Source: Nemertoderma westbladi
Lineage: Eukaryota; Animalia; Xenacoelomorpha
Direction: 5' to 3'
Assembly: GCA_032718475.1 (NCBI GenBank)
Contig: JAUCBJ010008343.1
Location: forward strand, 1-64,000
DNA: 64,000 bases
Under the pieces are notes generated by a model. It searched no databases and was not told the DNA's origin. It saw only the letters and a program-made list of their open reading frames with translations. The position numbers and the translations under genes were made by a program. Below, piece by piece: positions 25,470 through 39,912 of this stretch (position 1 is the first letter of the stretch; each line of letters starts with the position of its first letter).

Positions 25470-26472
25470 TAAGCGGAATCCTTCAGGGTGACACACTTGT
25501 ACCATTCTTATTCGTAATTGTGGTTGATTATGTTCTATGCAAGTCCTTAGAACGATTTAATAAGGATGGGTTGATGGTGACACCCCCTTACTGGCACAAG
25601 AAGTAGAGGAAATCCAGCAAAGTACCTTTCTGATCTAGACTTTGCTGATGACTTAGGGGTACTGTCAGAATCACTAGAGGGAGCCCAAAGGCTCCTCTGC
25701 TCTGACAAAAATCATGACAGTGAACCTTGAAATCCCTCAAGAATTGTCTGATCATAAGGGCAAAAGCTCTAGGGATAGGGACCTCTTGATTGAGCACGTG
25801 GATGACTTCTGGTACTTGTGATCATGGATTGTGTCAGTCGAAGACCTTCGAATATGAGAAGGCATGGGTAGCGTTATATACAGTAGTCTGTCTAGGATTT
25901 GGAAGTCACATACTGTACATAGAATAGAACGGAACCTTAAGGTTCTATTATTTATAGCAGTAGTAGTACAAGTACTCTGATATGGGAGTCCATGCTGGGG
26001 TCTAGCTACAGCGGATACCAAATCTTTGGATGGCACCATTACAAGAATGCTGTGCCGGGTTCATTTGTGTCACGCACAATGAACATATCTCCAATCACAA
26101 TCTATACAACATTGGAGATGTTCCATTAGTCTTCCCTAGCTTTACACTTAAACGGAACCGCCTTCGCTTTGCAGGACATTGCTTTCACCGTGAGGACCAG
26201 CCAGTGCATAAACTTGCGCTTTGGCAGCTTCATGGAGTGATTAATCATGGTGGACAGCCCATGACTTTATTGAGACGCATCTTAAAGAACGCTGGCCTTG
26301 AAGATGCAGATGATCTAGCAAATGTCATGGGTGATAGGGAGTTGTGGCAGCGCAATTTTGTTGATAAGCCGGCACAGAATTCATAATATATATAATGAAG
26401 CTGCAATGCAGCGTTGATCGTAGTAGTAGTAGTTGTTGTTGTTGTAGTAGTAGTGGCAGTAGTACTAGTAGT
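25470..26472 (+). mobile_element. Degenerate RTE-clade LINE fragment with TAG tail
   Basis: DLDFADD remnant at ~25632; RLRFAGHCFHREDQPVH; GTAGTAG tail. Confidence 0.85.
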
Positions 26473-26678
26473 ATAACACTTTTACAACTATAAAAGCCAA
26501 ATTACAGTTTTCTTCAGTGGTGAAATATTTCATGATTCTGGTACTGTACTTACAGGGTACTTTTAACATTGTTTTCATCAAGTTTATATATATATATAAT
26601 ATACACATTCATTAAAAATAAATAAAAAAAACAACAAAGTTTTTGTGATGATGGATGGATATATTAGCAATTTCCCTT

Positions 26679-27829
26679 TCAGCCTGATCCATCACCTATA
26701 TCAACCTGTTTCTTTTTTACTTTGCAAAGATGTCTAATGACTCTTCCAAGAATATTTTCTCTATATATAAGAATCCACAGCAGCTCAATGAACTCGAATA
26801 CCGTTAGCAGACTCATACCAATCCACAGACCCAACGCACCTCCGATATTACTCAACAGATCTTGCCATTGGTATTTGGGTGACTCTATGATGGTAGTGAC
26901 ATCCATTGTCTGAAATCCAATCTCTATCTTGGCTATATTTTCTCTGAACTGGCTCAAAAACGAACCACTAAAGGCGTCATCGTCAACTTTTGAGTGTAAC
27001 TCTTGGAGACACTCTTGGTCAGCTGCACAAGCCTTATCTATGACACCCATGAGGAATTTTGTGAAACCTTTTGCATTTTCTTTCTTCAATAAATGTATAT
27101 TTATATGACCAAGATACTCTTTGGATGGCCACAAAGATTGACTGGAATAGGTTGTAAACTCGGTTTGGTTACATGCTTGTGGACAAACACAAAATGCACC
27201 GTTTTCATTGCTAGTGTGGTATTTGTCGCGAACTTCTTTAGGGCACTTTGTTTCCTTCTTAGAAACATCTGTTTCTGAAAGCTGCATACTTTAGCATCTA
27301 GAAAGTAGTCATCAACACATCCACATTCCTTTAACATAACTTTCTGCAGGCAAAACTGTTCACACAAGTGGTTATCGTAATCATATTTAACACTTTCAAA
27401 ATCGGTGTACTGATTTAGCAACCCTGCAAACTCTATATTCTGGGCACATTTTGTGTAAGGTTCCCCAGCAAGTATTCGAATGGTTTTTTTTATATTTATG
27501 TGAGTTCGTCTTCCTGGTACGATTGTTATACCATTTAAGAGAGGATGTGGTTCTACTGAAGGAGGATGTATAGTAACGCGGATACCAGTAGATCGAGACA
27601 TCAACCCTATGTATTCATCGGTTTCTACATTTAATGTCAATTTTAGAAGTTGTTCAGGATACTGCACATAATGACGGTTATCTGATGTTGTAGTGCCAGG
27701 CTTTTCGTAGTTGAATGTGAAACAGTTCCCGTAGTGTTTATTCTGAAATTTTAGAAACTCTTTACAAGGCTTACCAGCAAAACTGCAGTCCAACACCATG
27801 TCACTAAATTGGTGCCCCAATCTTGAAAC
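26679..27829 (-). pseudogene. DEG/ENaC copy 2, exon 2, with 1-nt deletion frameshift at ~27277
   Basis: 1151 nt versus 1152 nt in copy 3; TTTCTGAAAGCTG versus TTTCTGCAAAGCTG in copies 1 and 3 (+ strand). Confidence 0.85.
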
Positions 27830-28168
27830 CTATGAAACATAAATTTAAATTTAGTTTATTAATTTTAAGTAAAATTTAGATAGATACAAACAGTATTACA
27901 TTAATATGTTGACTTGTTTCTGGCATCAATTTTTACTGAGTAAGTCGATAATTAAGTCAAAACACTAAATACTTGAGTAGCCACACTTGTAAATATTGGC
28001 GATCGAGTGAGAGAATAGCGTGATGTATAAGTGAGTGAAGGAAGGTTGTGTCCAATTTGGAAGGGAAATAAGGGCGCCTTTAACAGCTTTGGATTAGTAC
28101 AGAGATAAATAATGTGTTGTTAACTGTAGATTAGATTAACCAGATGTTGGTGTTATTGTTTTATTTAT

Positions 28169-29906
28169 CGCAATAATTTTTATTGTCCGTTTAAATCCTT
28201 TTTTTGTCCTTTTTTTTGATTTTTTATGTCCTCCAAAAGTCTAATGTTAGGTTCCATGCTACCGGTTTCTCTACTGCTGTTCTCTCAGGCTATCAGTACC
28301 GGTATTAGTATATATAGCACTATTTTGCTGTATTGTATGTACAGATGTAGGTATAAAGCAGGTATTTCTGTATTTTAGTACCGGTACCGGCACCGGTACT
28401 GCTATAGGCCTACTATGTAGCCTACCATTTAAATACGGTAATGGTAGGCCTACCGGTTGTGCTAATAAATTTTAAATAATTGATAGGCCAAACTGGATTG
28501 CAGGATTGTGGAAAATGTGGATATACCTTTCACATAATTTAGGCCTATTACTGTATTAGTTTTATAATCAATAATGGATCATGACTACTGTCTGAGTAGT
28601 GTTACGGATAGCGGCACCACTACTTCCAACAGCACAGAAGGCCCGCCTCTGTAACCTGCCCCTTTCCCTCAATTAGTTAAATGATCGTTTATTGTTTTGG
28701 TTAGATAATCCCGCCTCTGTAACCTGCTCCTTTCCCTCAATTAGTAATGTTATCGTTTATTGTTTTGGTTAGAAAATCCCGCCTCTGTAGCCTGCTCCTT
28801 TCTCTCAATTGGTAATGTTATTGTTTATTGTTTTGGTTAGAAAATCCCGTCTCTGTAACCTGCTCCTTTCCCTCAATTAGTTAAATTATCTTTATTGTTT
28901 TGGTTAGAAAATCCCGCCTCTGTAACCTGCCCCTTTCCCTCAATTAGTTAAATGATCGTTTATTGTTTTGGTTAGAAAATTCCGCCTCTGTAACCTGCTC
29001 CTTTCCCTCAATTGGTAATGTTATCGTTTATTGTTTTGGTTAGAAAATCCCGCCTCTGTAACCTGCTCCTTTCTCTCAATTGGTAATGTTATTGTTTATT
29101 GTTTTGGTTAGAAAATCCCGTCTCTGTAACCTGCTCCTTTCCCTCAATTAGTTAAATTATCGTTTATTGTTTTGGTTAGAAAATCCCGCCTCTGTAACCT
29201 GCCCCTTTCCCTCAATTAGTTAAATGATCGTTTATTGTTTTGGTTAAAAAATTCCGCCTCTGTAACCTGTCCCTTTCCCTCAATTAGTTAAATGATCGTT
29301 TATTGTTTTGGTTAGAAAATCCCGCCTCTGTAACCTGCTCCTTTCCCTCAATAAGTTAAGTGATCGTTTATTGTTTTGGTTAGAAAATCCCGCCTCTGTA
29401 ACCTGCTCCTTTCCCTCAATTAGTTAAGTGATCGTTTATTGTTTTGGTTAGAAAATCCCGTCTCTGTAACCTGCTCCTTTCCCTGATTTGGTAAAGTGGC
29501 TGTTTATTGTTTTGGTTAGAAAACTCGGCATTAACCTGCTCCTTTCCATCAATTGGTAATTGTTTTTGGCTATAAAATGAGTGTTTTGCTACTTCATGTG
29601 GTAATCGATTATCGACAACAACCACAAACTATTAAATATAGAGTCTTTTTACCACAGGCGCATATGGAAATCTATCTCATAGTCTATAAATCATGGAATC
29701 ATGGAATGTTTTGGCACAGGCATAGTGAAATCAACTGTCTGACAGTCCAGAAATCTGCAGTCTGACAGTTTGAAGAAATACATACATAAAAAGTCATTAA
29801 AAGGACAATAAAAGTCATTAAAAGGACAACAAAAGTCATTATGCATAATTCGTAAAAAAAAAAATGACAAAAAAAGTCAAATAAAAGGACATAAAAAATC
29901 ACTGCC
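28169..29906. mobile_element. Non-autonomous MULE-like element with 9-bp TSD, containing a 68-bp tandem array
   Basis: TSD TTTATTTAT at 28160-28168 and 29907-29915; empty site in the paralogous intron at ~45320; imperfect TIRs. Confidence 0.85.
28642..29560. repeat. 68-bp tandem repeat, ~13 copies
   Basis: Unit CCCGCCTCTGTAACCTGCCCCTTTCCCTCAATTAGTTAAATGATCGTTTATTGTTTTGGTTAGAAAAT; period measured 28642 to 28710. Confidence 0.95.
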
Positions 29907-31822
29907 TTTATTTATTGATGAGATTGTATTTCGTATTTGGTAGTTTCATTCCCTGAGTTTAGGTTTCTACATCAAATATCACGTAACCCCTAATGGTGTA
30001 TTTGACTAATTGGTGTTATTATTTAGTACGTTGTCCTCAACGTAGTTGAGATAACTTTATTGGTATTATTGGTGAGGTACGTTATCATCAACTGAATTGG
30101 TGTGACTAGTTATTGGAGATCAATATACAACGCAAACTACAAAACCATTCGGTCTTGGGACGTTAGTGCCCGCGAGACATTAGTGCCCGCGAGACATTAG
30201 TGCCCGCGAGACATTAGTGCCCACGAGACATTAGTGCCCATTTAGCGACTTAGTTAGTTTATGTAATAAATACAACAGGCCAGGAATACATGATCCGCAT
30301 TTTTAGTTCCTGCTGTTGCAAACGAGTCGTTACTTTTTTCAAACTTCAAAGGTAATTTCCAGTCTTTAGTTCCCGCATCTCGTTATTTAACATTTTAATT
30401 TCAACTTGGATCTTTTAAGATTAATTAAAACATTTATTAACCTCAGCTAGACATGATAGATTTGCAATATGTGGTTTGGCGGTAAAGTGTTCAAGGAATG
30501 AAGATTAAACAACAGCGTTTGATTGTTTATAAATAACATTTGATTGAGTTATATACTTAATTTGTTTAACTTTACTGGAAACAGTGTGTAATAAAAAAAA
30601 ACAAGGTGCAGTACTATACAGTATAATCGTCCGAGGACGCCCTAACTTATATATTTTAGTTATGAATGAATGATTTCAAGAAAAATATTCAGTCGACTGT
30701 CTGACATTTTGTCGACGAATTAAAAGTAAAGTAGTACTTTTAGTTAATTAGATTAGTCTATGTTAATGGAGGAGGAATTCTTTATCTGAAATTGGCACTA
30801 TTTTGATAGAGCAGGTCCTGCTAGCTGGTAAGTGGGCTGGAAAACAGCTTAGTATCATTCTTTAGGTTATACTGTACATATATTCTTAACTTCATTGTTT
30901 GTATAAATGTACATTTGGTTGTAGGGAAGAGATAGGAAGATGATATACGTGTTACTTTCAGTTCAACGTGAGCGATATTAGGCGCGATTATTCCAATAAG
31001 AGACGCAATAAAACGCACCCCTCTTTGTTTACCGAAGTTTGGAGCGGAATATCTGGGACTTGCGGATATATTAGCGCATTACCACGCTAGGTTGGGTTTG
31101 ATAGACGCATTGTGCACCAACTAAATCTGACTCAACATGTGAGTGGTACTCACTTCTAGATTTGCCGGATTAGGATTCATTTGGGATTTAAATTCTTTCA
31201 CTTTAATTTATTTTAGAACATAGGTTAAGGGACTGAAAATAAATCTGTCATTACTATTTGCGGACAAAACATTAGCTAGGATATTTAACATCTAATTTGC
31301 TTATTAGAGATCGCCCTTGTGCACACCTCGAACTATGGATTGTCTGTCATTAGTGAGAGTTTATGTTCTTAGTAACAAATAAATTATTTCCTTCCAGAAG
31401 AGTGAGAGAGTAGTCTAGGGTTGGGCTACAGCTACACGTTGGTCGTATTAGCAATAGCTGTCTGTCTGTGGACAGGAAGATTATTAGTTCTTCCGCTGTT
31501 CGCGGGTGGATTAGCAGTGATTAGTGGATCTTAGTGGGAAGACACCGGCGGTTGAGACCGCATTTAGAACGGCTTGAGGTATTCGACCCTCGACCTCTGT
31601 TTCGAAACATCTAGCAAAGAAATCATTGACCCTTGAGAACCAAAATAAGAACAGTTGTGGATTCGGTTTCTATTTAACAGGGACTGCTTGCTGTATGGGT
31701 AGATTATTTGATAATATCGGCCTAATAGATTTTGGTTTATTTTATATGAATCTGGTACACATCGAACAGTAGATCCAATACGATATACATACAGCCCAAT
31801 ATATAATGTAGACCTACTGTAC

Positions 31823-32701
31823 CTGTGATTTGGACAACATCGCCATATCTGACACATCATTAAAATCGAAATCGGTCGAGTTTTCCCAAGCTTCAAAGAA
31901 GACCCTTTCGACATTGGGCCCACCACAAGCTTCATCAACACCGTTTCCACAGTCATCTTGAAAATCACACCCCACATACTCATTGTAGCACAACATAGTA
32001 CCTGCGATTTCGAGGTTACAAGAGTATAATTCATCGTCAGATACATGTTTATCATCTGTCATGAACTCTACATCTTCACCATTTGCTGTCAAGTTCCTAA
32101 GGTATTCATTTCCAACAAGTTCCTTTGTATCACAGTTATATAAACAACCAATTTCATCCTTTTTATTCAAACATTCAGCCTCCCCATTGCAAACATTTTC
32201 TTTAGGTATGCATCTATCAAAATCTGTTCCACAATCGAACTGCAATGCATTGCAACTACTTGGTTCTGAAATATCTTTATTTAATTTGTATTTCTTTTTT
32301 GCATCATAAAATGTGGTAACGAAACTTTCTTTTGCGTAATCGTCTAGAGTAACCAAATCAGCAAATGGTCTATCGCTTTGAACTGTAGACGTGCGCGTTG
32401 TGTCGAATTCTACTGCACTCCTTCTGATGTTGTTCTCATTACAGATCGTTACTCCCGGAAATTCGATGAGAAATTCCTTTTTACTTTGAAAGGATACGGT
32501 TTTAGGCAAGTCTACATAGTCGATGAATAGCAAACAGACTTGTAGCAGATATCCGCTAATCCCACCCAGTAGCAACACCACCCATATATAGCGCCACAGA
32601 CGGTTGGGTGGGTTAACAGCCCTCGGTGCCCCATGGAGGGTGACACCTTCAAAGAACTTACTGCATATTTTAGATAGCGGTTGGTTTTCAGATTTGTTCA
32701 T
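31823..32701 (-). CDS. DEG/ENaC copy 2, exon 1 (intact frame, two LDLa-like modules)
   Basis: Paralog of 9728-10660 with the same CAG|GTACAG donor. Confidence 0.9.
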
Positions 32702-33631
32702 CTTCGAACGGAAATTGATCTTTCTGGTATTCAGTGTTAGCCACTGGACAGCTGGTGGTCAATATTATTGAAATATTATATTGCTGTAGAGAATATGTAA
32801 TTAATGAATTATATTACCATCGATTTTTCTACATTGCAGCAGTACCCTTGTATACGGAATCCCACAACTGTCAAGGGCAAAATATTAATAAAGGCAAATG
32901 CAAACTGCCATCAGGGCGAAATGCCCTCAGGGCAAAATATCCTCAGGGCAAAATCTCCTCAGGGCAAAATGTCATCAGCTCAAAATTCCCAAAGAATTTT
33001 GAAATAGCCTTCTTACTAAGGAAATTATTGAATTTTGTCTAAGTTTTATTAATATGTTGTCCCTGTCAGTGATGGGCTTCCGCAGGTTCTTGTGATTGAA
33101 ATTAATTAATTTTAGAATCAACAGCTGATCATGTGCTCTCTCAAAAACACTAAAGGAGCCACATGTCGAATCAGTTAATTTCCTGTTAGCTCATGTGAAT
33201 CTGAATGCCCCATTTACAAGTGCAAACTAAGATTTACAAGTGCACTTTTCTCAGACTCCAAATTTCGCTCTCAACCAGTATACACTTTTCCTAAATTTGA
33301 ACATCGTAACCAACCTTTAAGACCTACTTTTCGTGCAAGTCAGCTGGCATTACATCCCAAGCTCACGATCTTTCCAGCACTTATTACACAAGTTGTTGGT
33401 TCATTTAATTTTAAATTATACTGCTGCTTATACAGGTAACTATTAATTCTCCACTCGATATATCTGTTTCGTTTACCCCACGTCCTATTATTAATGCAGT
33501 GCATATTACTTAGTTATTTTATTGGCTCTGATGGAGCGGGCCTAACCCGGATTTCAAGTTCGAGATTGTTGGCGTTGATGTTATCTATAATTCTCCCAGA
33601 TTGCTAGTTAAAATTTTGTCACGGCATTTAA

Positions 33632-35170
33632 CCCTATTAGTACCGGGCTATAAAATGCTGTACAAATACCGGGGGGGTGGGGGGGGTCATATTGACCCCT
33701 CCCTCTAAAATCTACAAATATTAACGAAAACGTCTGATTTTTTGTTTGTACGTAGGTATCACTAGTCTGGATCCGAACGAAAATAAAATTTTCGAAAAAA
33801 TGTAATGGGGTGGTAATATTGCAGCACCAAAATTACAAGTAGTGCACAATTTTCACAAAATTTGAAAGTTACATTTTTCGGGTAATTGTTTTTCAATACA
33901 GGTTCAATACAGTATATTTAAAAATGATATGATTATCATAAATGGCTGTTTAGTCCTCTATGCGTAGGAAAAAAATGAAAAAAAACAAGTAACCAGCACT
34001 TTTCAATTAGAACACAACATTTTTAATTCACTTATACGATGCTATAAATTCACATTTTCAGGTTTTCTAGGGCGCTGATTCTAATGGAATACATTTCAAA
34101 TATGCCAGATCATTGGTACTTGTATTTTTCGGCGTAATTTTGCAAATTTTGGTGCTAGCACCAAATTTCGTACCCATCACCAAAAAGTACAAGTTTGCGA
34201 TGTCCAGTGCTGTTTTTATTGATTCCATCGGATTCAGGACCCTCATAAACCCGTATAACGCAAGAAACAAGATGATACTATCTACTGATCAATTTACTCA
34301 TTTTCCAAAATTTGGTACTGGCACAACAATTTTCACCCACCGGCGAAAAATACAAGTTTGAAAACTCTTATGAAATTTTTACTGATTCCATTGAATTCAG
34401 AACCATAACAAGAAACAAGATGACACAATCAATTGATATATTTGATGGTTTTCAAAATTTGGTGCTAGCACCACATTTTGCACCCACTTCCGAAAAATAC
34501 AAGTTTGAGATGTCTAGTTCGATAATTATATATTCCATTGAATTCAGAACAGCCATAAACCTCTAAAATGCAATAAATAAATTGTCACAAGCAATTTTAT
34601 CTATTGAATGGATTTTCAAAATTTCGTGCTAGCACCAAAATTTGCACACAGCACCGAAAAATACAAGTTTGATACGCTTGAAGCAACTCGTATTCTATTT
34701 CATCGAAACCAGAACCCCAAAAACCCCAATTGCGTAAAAAACAAGTTTCAAACAATCAATTTACAAAATTGACATATTTCAAAATTTGGTGCTGGCACCA
34801 AAATTTGGCACCCGTCGAAAAAAACAAGTTTGACAATTTTAAATCAATTTATATGAATTCCATCCAATTGCTAACACCAAAAAACCGGTATAATTCAAAA
34901 ATAGAGATGTTACAAATCATATTTAATGAAATGTAATTTTCAAAAAACGTCTCAAAAAAGTGCCAAAAGTATGGTTAAAAAATGGTGCTATAACTCGAAA
35001 ACTACCCAATATTTTTGAAAACGGTTTTCACTATTAGGAAGACAAAAGATTTTTAGGAAAAGTCATAAAATTTCAGATTCCCAACTGCGTTCGTTTCAGA
35101 ATTATAATAAAAAAACCACGGGGGGGGGGTCATATTGACCCCCCCCCCCCCCCCGGGTTTAATAGGAGGG
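33632..35170. mobile_element. Non-autonomous piggyBac-type element
   Basis: TTAA|CCCTATTAGTACCGGG ... CCCGGGTTTAATAGGAGGG|TTAA; subterminal GGGGTCATATTGACCCC palindromes at both ends; internal ~145-bp degenerate repeats at 34100-34900. Confidence 0.8.
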
Positions 35171-36609
35171 TTAATTATATCGATCAGTAGAGGCCTACTG
35201 CTACATTTTCCCATTCAAATCAACCAAATAAATGATTTCTTCCATATCTGAGTTACTAAATCTCATCTTATGTCATTTATTGGTAGGACTACAGTGACAC
35301 CATTTTTGAAGGTAGGCCTATTATTCAAAAATTTTCATGTCTTTATATAGACGGTTGATCATTTTTCAGTAACTGGCACATTGTCTCACATAAAGTGGAA
35401 CCATTAATTTTTGGTGGGTACAGAGACATAGGCTAGTGGTGTTGATACAGGTATACATCCACACCCGCAGAAATTACACTAGTACTGTACTATATACTAC
35501 TACCTGGTCGAGCGCGCTCGGGCAGTGGAAATGAGATCCTTCCAGGCTTCCCGATTCTACATAGTTGTCACAATTTCGTTTCCCCCAAGTCCAATTTGTC
35601 CTGGCAAGTTGGTCTGTCTATATATGTCAGTCAGACCACGGGAATGAAGAAGTATGATAATTTTTCGGTTTGCATGGCCCGCCACAGGCTAATTGTTACC
35701 ATGGATACATACCATGATTAGAAAGTGACAGTTGTTTCAAATAAAATAAAAATATATTTTCTTTTACTATTTCTGTATAAGCTACTCAATCTTCTTATAA
35801 GACCAAAAATAATTCGATTTCTGAAGGTTTCTACTAAGCGTTATCCTTATAAACTGCTACCACCGATATAAATAAAAGTTGAAACATCATAAAATGTAAA
35901 ATTTATGCATGAAGGCAGGAATGCAGCACCTGCTTCAATTACAGCCCTATTATACTTATTATTACCTTCAAATCATCATTAAGAACAAAATTTAATTAAG
36001 TAGTCTTGATTGGCTAATACAAAGCAAGGCTAATCCTCGCAGCCGATTTTAATCACATTTATAAAAATTATTACTAAGTTTTAAACCGAACAGACAAAGT
36101 AGGTGCAGTAAAACCGTTTAGTAAAAGTAGTGCAACTCAAAAATAATTAGTTTTATTACATCTCGAACTGTATCATGTTATTTATTCTTGCTTGTGATTG
36201 ACAGTTTGAAATGGTGAGCAGCTTGAATGCCCGTGTTACCTTTTACGAATGAGTTCAGTAGTTAGTTAAACTCCGGGTCTGACAACCTACCCAGTCCGCT
36301 ATGCTGCAATTGTTTGTAAATTGTGGTTCAACCCTCCTTACTCCCCCCTATACTGTACTTTCTATAATTGTTATTTCGGGTGGATGAGTGGTTTGTATTA
36401 TTAACTGAATTGTAATTAAGCTGATAATGCGCGCTACTGATAAAGCCTAAACGAAACGCACGTATAGCGCTGGTTCAACCCTCGGTGACGTGATTCCTCA
36501 TTTTTTCCGATTCTGAACAAAGTCATATTAAAATATAATTTATTATTAGTTGAATACACCACATGACCGCACCCACAATATAGTGACAGTTTCTGATGAC
36601 ATGGAACGC

Positions 36610-39600
36610 GAACTTTGATCCTAGATGCGAAATTAAATCCTAGACGCTAACTTAGATCCCAGAAGCGAACTTAGATACTAGACGCGAACTTAGATCCTAG
36701 ACGCGAACCTTAGATCCTAGAAGCGAACTTAGATACTAGACGCGAACTTAGATCCTAGAAGCGAACTTAGATACTAGACGCGAACCTTAGATCCTAGATG
36801 CGACCTTGGATCCTAGACGCGAACTTAGATCCTAGAAGCGAACTTAGATACTAGACGCGAACTTAGATCCTAGACGCGAACCTTAGATCCTAGATGCGAC
36901 CTTGGATCCTAGACGCGAACTTAGATCCTAGACGCGAACTTAGATACTAGACGCGAACTTAGATGCTAGACGCGAACTTAGATACTAGACGCGAACGTAG
37001 ATCCTAGAAGCGAACTTAGATACTAGACGCGAACTTAGATACTAGACGCGAACTTAGATCCTAGAAGCGAACTTAGATACTAGACGCGAACTTAGATCCT
37101 AGACGCGAACTTAGATACTAGACGCGAACTTAGATCCTAGACGCGAATTTAGATACTAGACCCGAACTTAGATCCTAGACGCGAACTTAGATACTAGACG
37201 CGAACTTAGATCCTAGAAGCGAACTTAGATACTAGACGCGAACTTAGATCCCAGACGCCAACTTAGATACTAGACGCGAACTTAGATACTAGACGCGAAC
37301 TTAGATCCTAGACGCGAACCTTAGATCCTAGAAGCGAACTTAGATACTAGACGCGAACTTAGATCCTAGAAGCGAACTTAGATACTAGAAGCGAACTTAG
37401 ATCCTAGAAGCGAACTTAGATACTAGACGCGAACTTAGATCCTAGACGCCAACTTAGATACTAGACGCGAACTTAGATACTAGACGCGAACTTAGATACT
37501 AGACGCGAACTTAGATCCTAGACGCGAACCTTAGATCCTAGAAGCGAACTTAGATACTAGACGCGAACTTAGATCCTAGAAGCGAACTTAGATACTAGAC
37601 GCGAACTTAGATCCTAGACGCCAACTTAGATACTAGACGCGAACTTAGATACTAGACGCGAACTTAGATCCTAGACGCCAACTTAGATACTAGACGCGAA
37701 CTTAGATCCTAGACGCCAACTTAGATACTAGACGCGAACTTAGATACTAGACGCGAACTTAGATCCTAGACGCGAACCTTAGATCCTAGAAGCGAACTTA
37801 GATACTAGACGCGAACTTAGATCCTAGAAGCGAACTTAGATACTAGACGCGAACTTAGATCCTAGACGCCAACTTAGATACTAGACGCGAACTTAGATAC
37901 TAGACGCGAACTTAGATCCTAGACGCCAACTTAGATACTAGACGCGAACTTAGATCCTACACGCCAACTTAGATACTAGACGCGAACTTAGACACTAGAC
38001 GCGAACTTAGAACCTAGACGCGAACCTTAGATCCTAGAAGCGAACTTAGATACTAGACGCGAACTTAGATCCTAGACGCCAACTTAGATACTAGACGCGA
38101 ACTTAGATACTAGACGCGAACTTAGATCCTATACGCCAACTTAGATACTAGACGCGAACTTAGATCCTAGAAGCGAACTTAGATACTAGACGCGAACTTA
38201 GATCCTAGACGCCAACTTAGATACTAGACGCGAACTTAGATACTAGACGCGAACTTAGATCCTATACGCCAACTTAGATACTAGACGCGAACTTAGATCC
38301 TAGACGCCAACTTAGATACTAGACGCGAACTTAGATCCTAGACGCCAACTTAGATACTAGACGCGAACTTAGATACTAGACGCGAACTTAGATCCTAGAC
38401 GCGAACCTTAGATCCTAGAAGCGAACTTAGATACTAGACGCGAACTTAGATACTAGACGCGAACTTAGATCCTAGACGCGAACCTTAGATCCTAGAAGCG
38501 AACTTAGATACTAGACGCGAACTTAGATACTAGACGCGAACTTAGATACTAGACGCGAACTTAGATACTAGACGCGAACTTAGATACTAGACGCGAACTT
38601 AGATACTAGACGCGAACCTTAGATCCTAGAAGCGAACTTAGATACTAGACGCGAACTTAGATCCTAGAAGCGAACTTAGATACTAGACGCGAACTTAGAT
38701 ACTAGACGCGAACTTAGATCCTAGACGCCAACTTATATACTAGACGCGAACTTAGATCCTAGACGCGAACCTTAGATCCTAGAAGCGAACTTAGATACTA
38801 GACGCGAACTTAGATCCTAGAAGCGAACTTAGATACTAGACGCGAACTTAGATCCTAGACGCCAACGTAGATACTAGACGCGAACTTAGATACTAGAAGC
38901 GAACTTATATCCTAGACGCGAACCTTAGATCCTAGAAGCGAACTTAGATACTAGACGCGAACTTAGATACTAGACGCGAACTTATATCCTAGACGCGAAC
39001 CTTAGATCCTAGAAGCGAACTTAGATACTAGACGCGAACTTAGATACTAGACGCGAACTTAGATCCTAGACGCGAACCTTAGATCCTAGAAGCGAACTTA
39101 GATACTAGACGCGAACTTAGATACTAGAGGCGAACTTATATCCTAGACGCGAACCTTAGATCCTAGAAGCGAACTTAGATACTAGACGCGAACTTAGATA
39201 CTAGACGCGAACTTATATCCTAGACGCGAACCTTAGATCCTAGAAGCGAACTTAGATACTAGACGCGAACTTAGATACTAGACGCGAACTTAGATCCTAG
39301 ACGCGAACCTTAGATCCTAGAAGCGAACTTAGATACTAGACGCGAACTTAGATCCTAGAAGCGAACTTAGATACTAGACGCGAACCTTAGATCCTAGATG
39401 CGACCTTGGATCCTAGACGCGAACTTAGATCCTAGACGCGAACTTAGATACTAGACGCGAACTTAGATACTAGACGCGAACTTAGATCCTAGACGCGAAC
39501 TTAGATCCTAGACGCGAACCTTAGATCCTAGAAGCGAACTTAGATACTAAACGCGAACTTAGATACTAGACGCGAACTTAGATACTAGACACGACCTTAG

Positions 39601-39622
39601 ATCCTAGACGCGACCTTGGATC
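36610..39622. repeat. 19-bp minisatellite (AGACGCGAACTTAGATMCT), ~3 kb
   Basis: Direct reading; variants AGAAGCG, GCCAAC and a 20-bp GAACCTT form. Confidence 0.97.
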
Positions 39623-39912
39623 ATACTGTAGAAGCGAATTTATATTCTATTGAATTAAGGCAAATTAGATACTGGTGTCAACTTAGAACCAAACATAATG
39701 TATATTATAGAAAAGTAGGGCTGCGAGCTTAGCAGGTTAAATCATGAAACAGGTTGGATTGGATGTAAGCAATCAAGCGTTCAAACGCTATTATACTGTA
39801 CGAGGACATTTGGTCAAATTCGCGCTTGTTTAATCCCCGGCATAACGGCCGAATAAATCTTTTAATTTAATACTATTTTAGATGTAGGATTTTGGATTAA
39901 ATTTAGCATTTT

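Noticed and set aside
25053-25505. DT-, SV- and IL-repeat ORFs
   Set aside because: Hexamer microsatellite translations.
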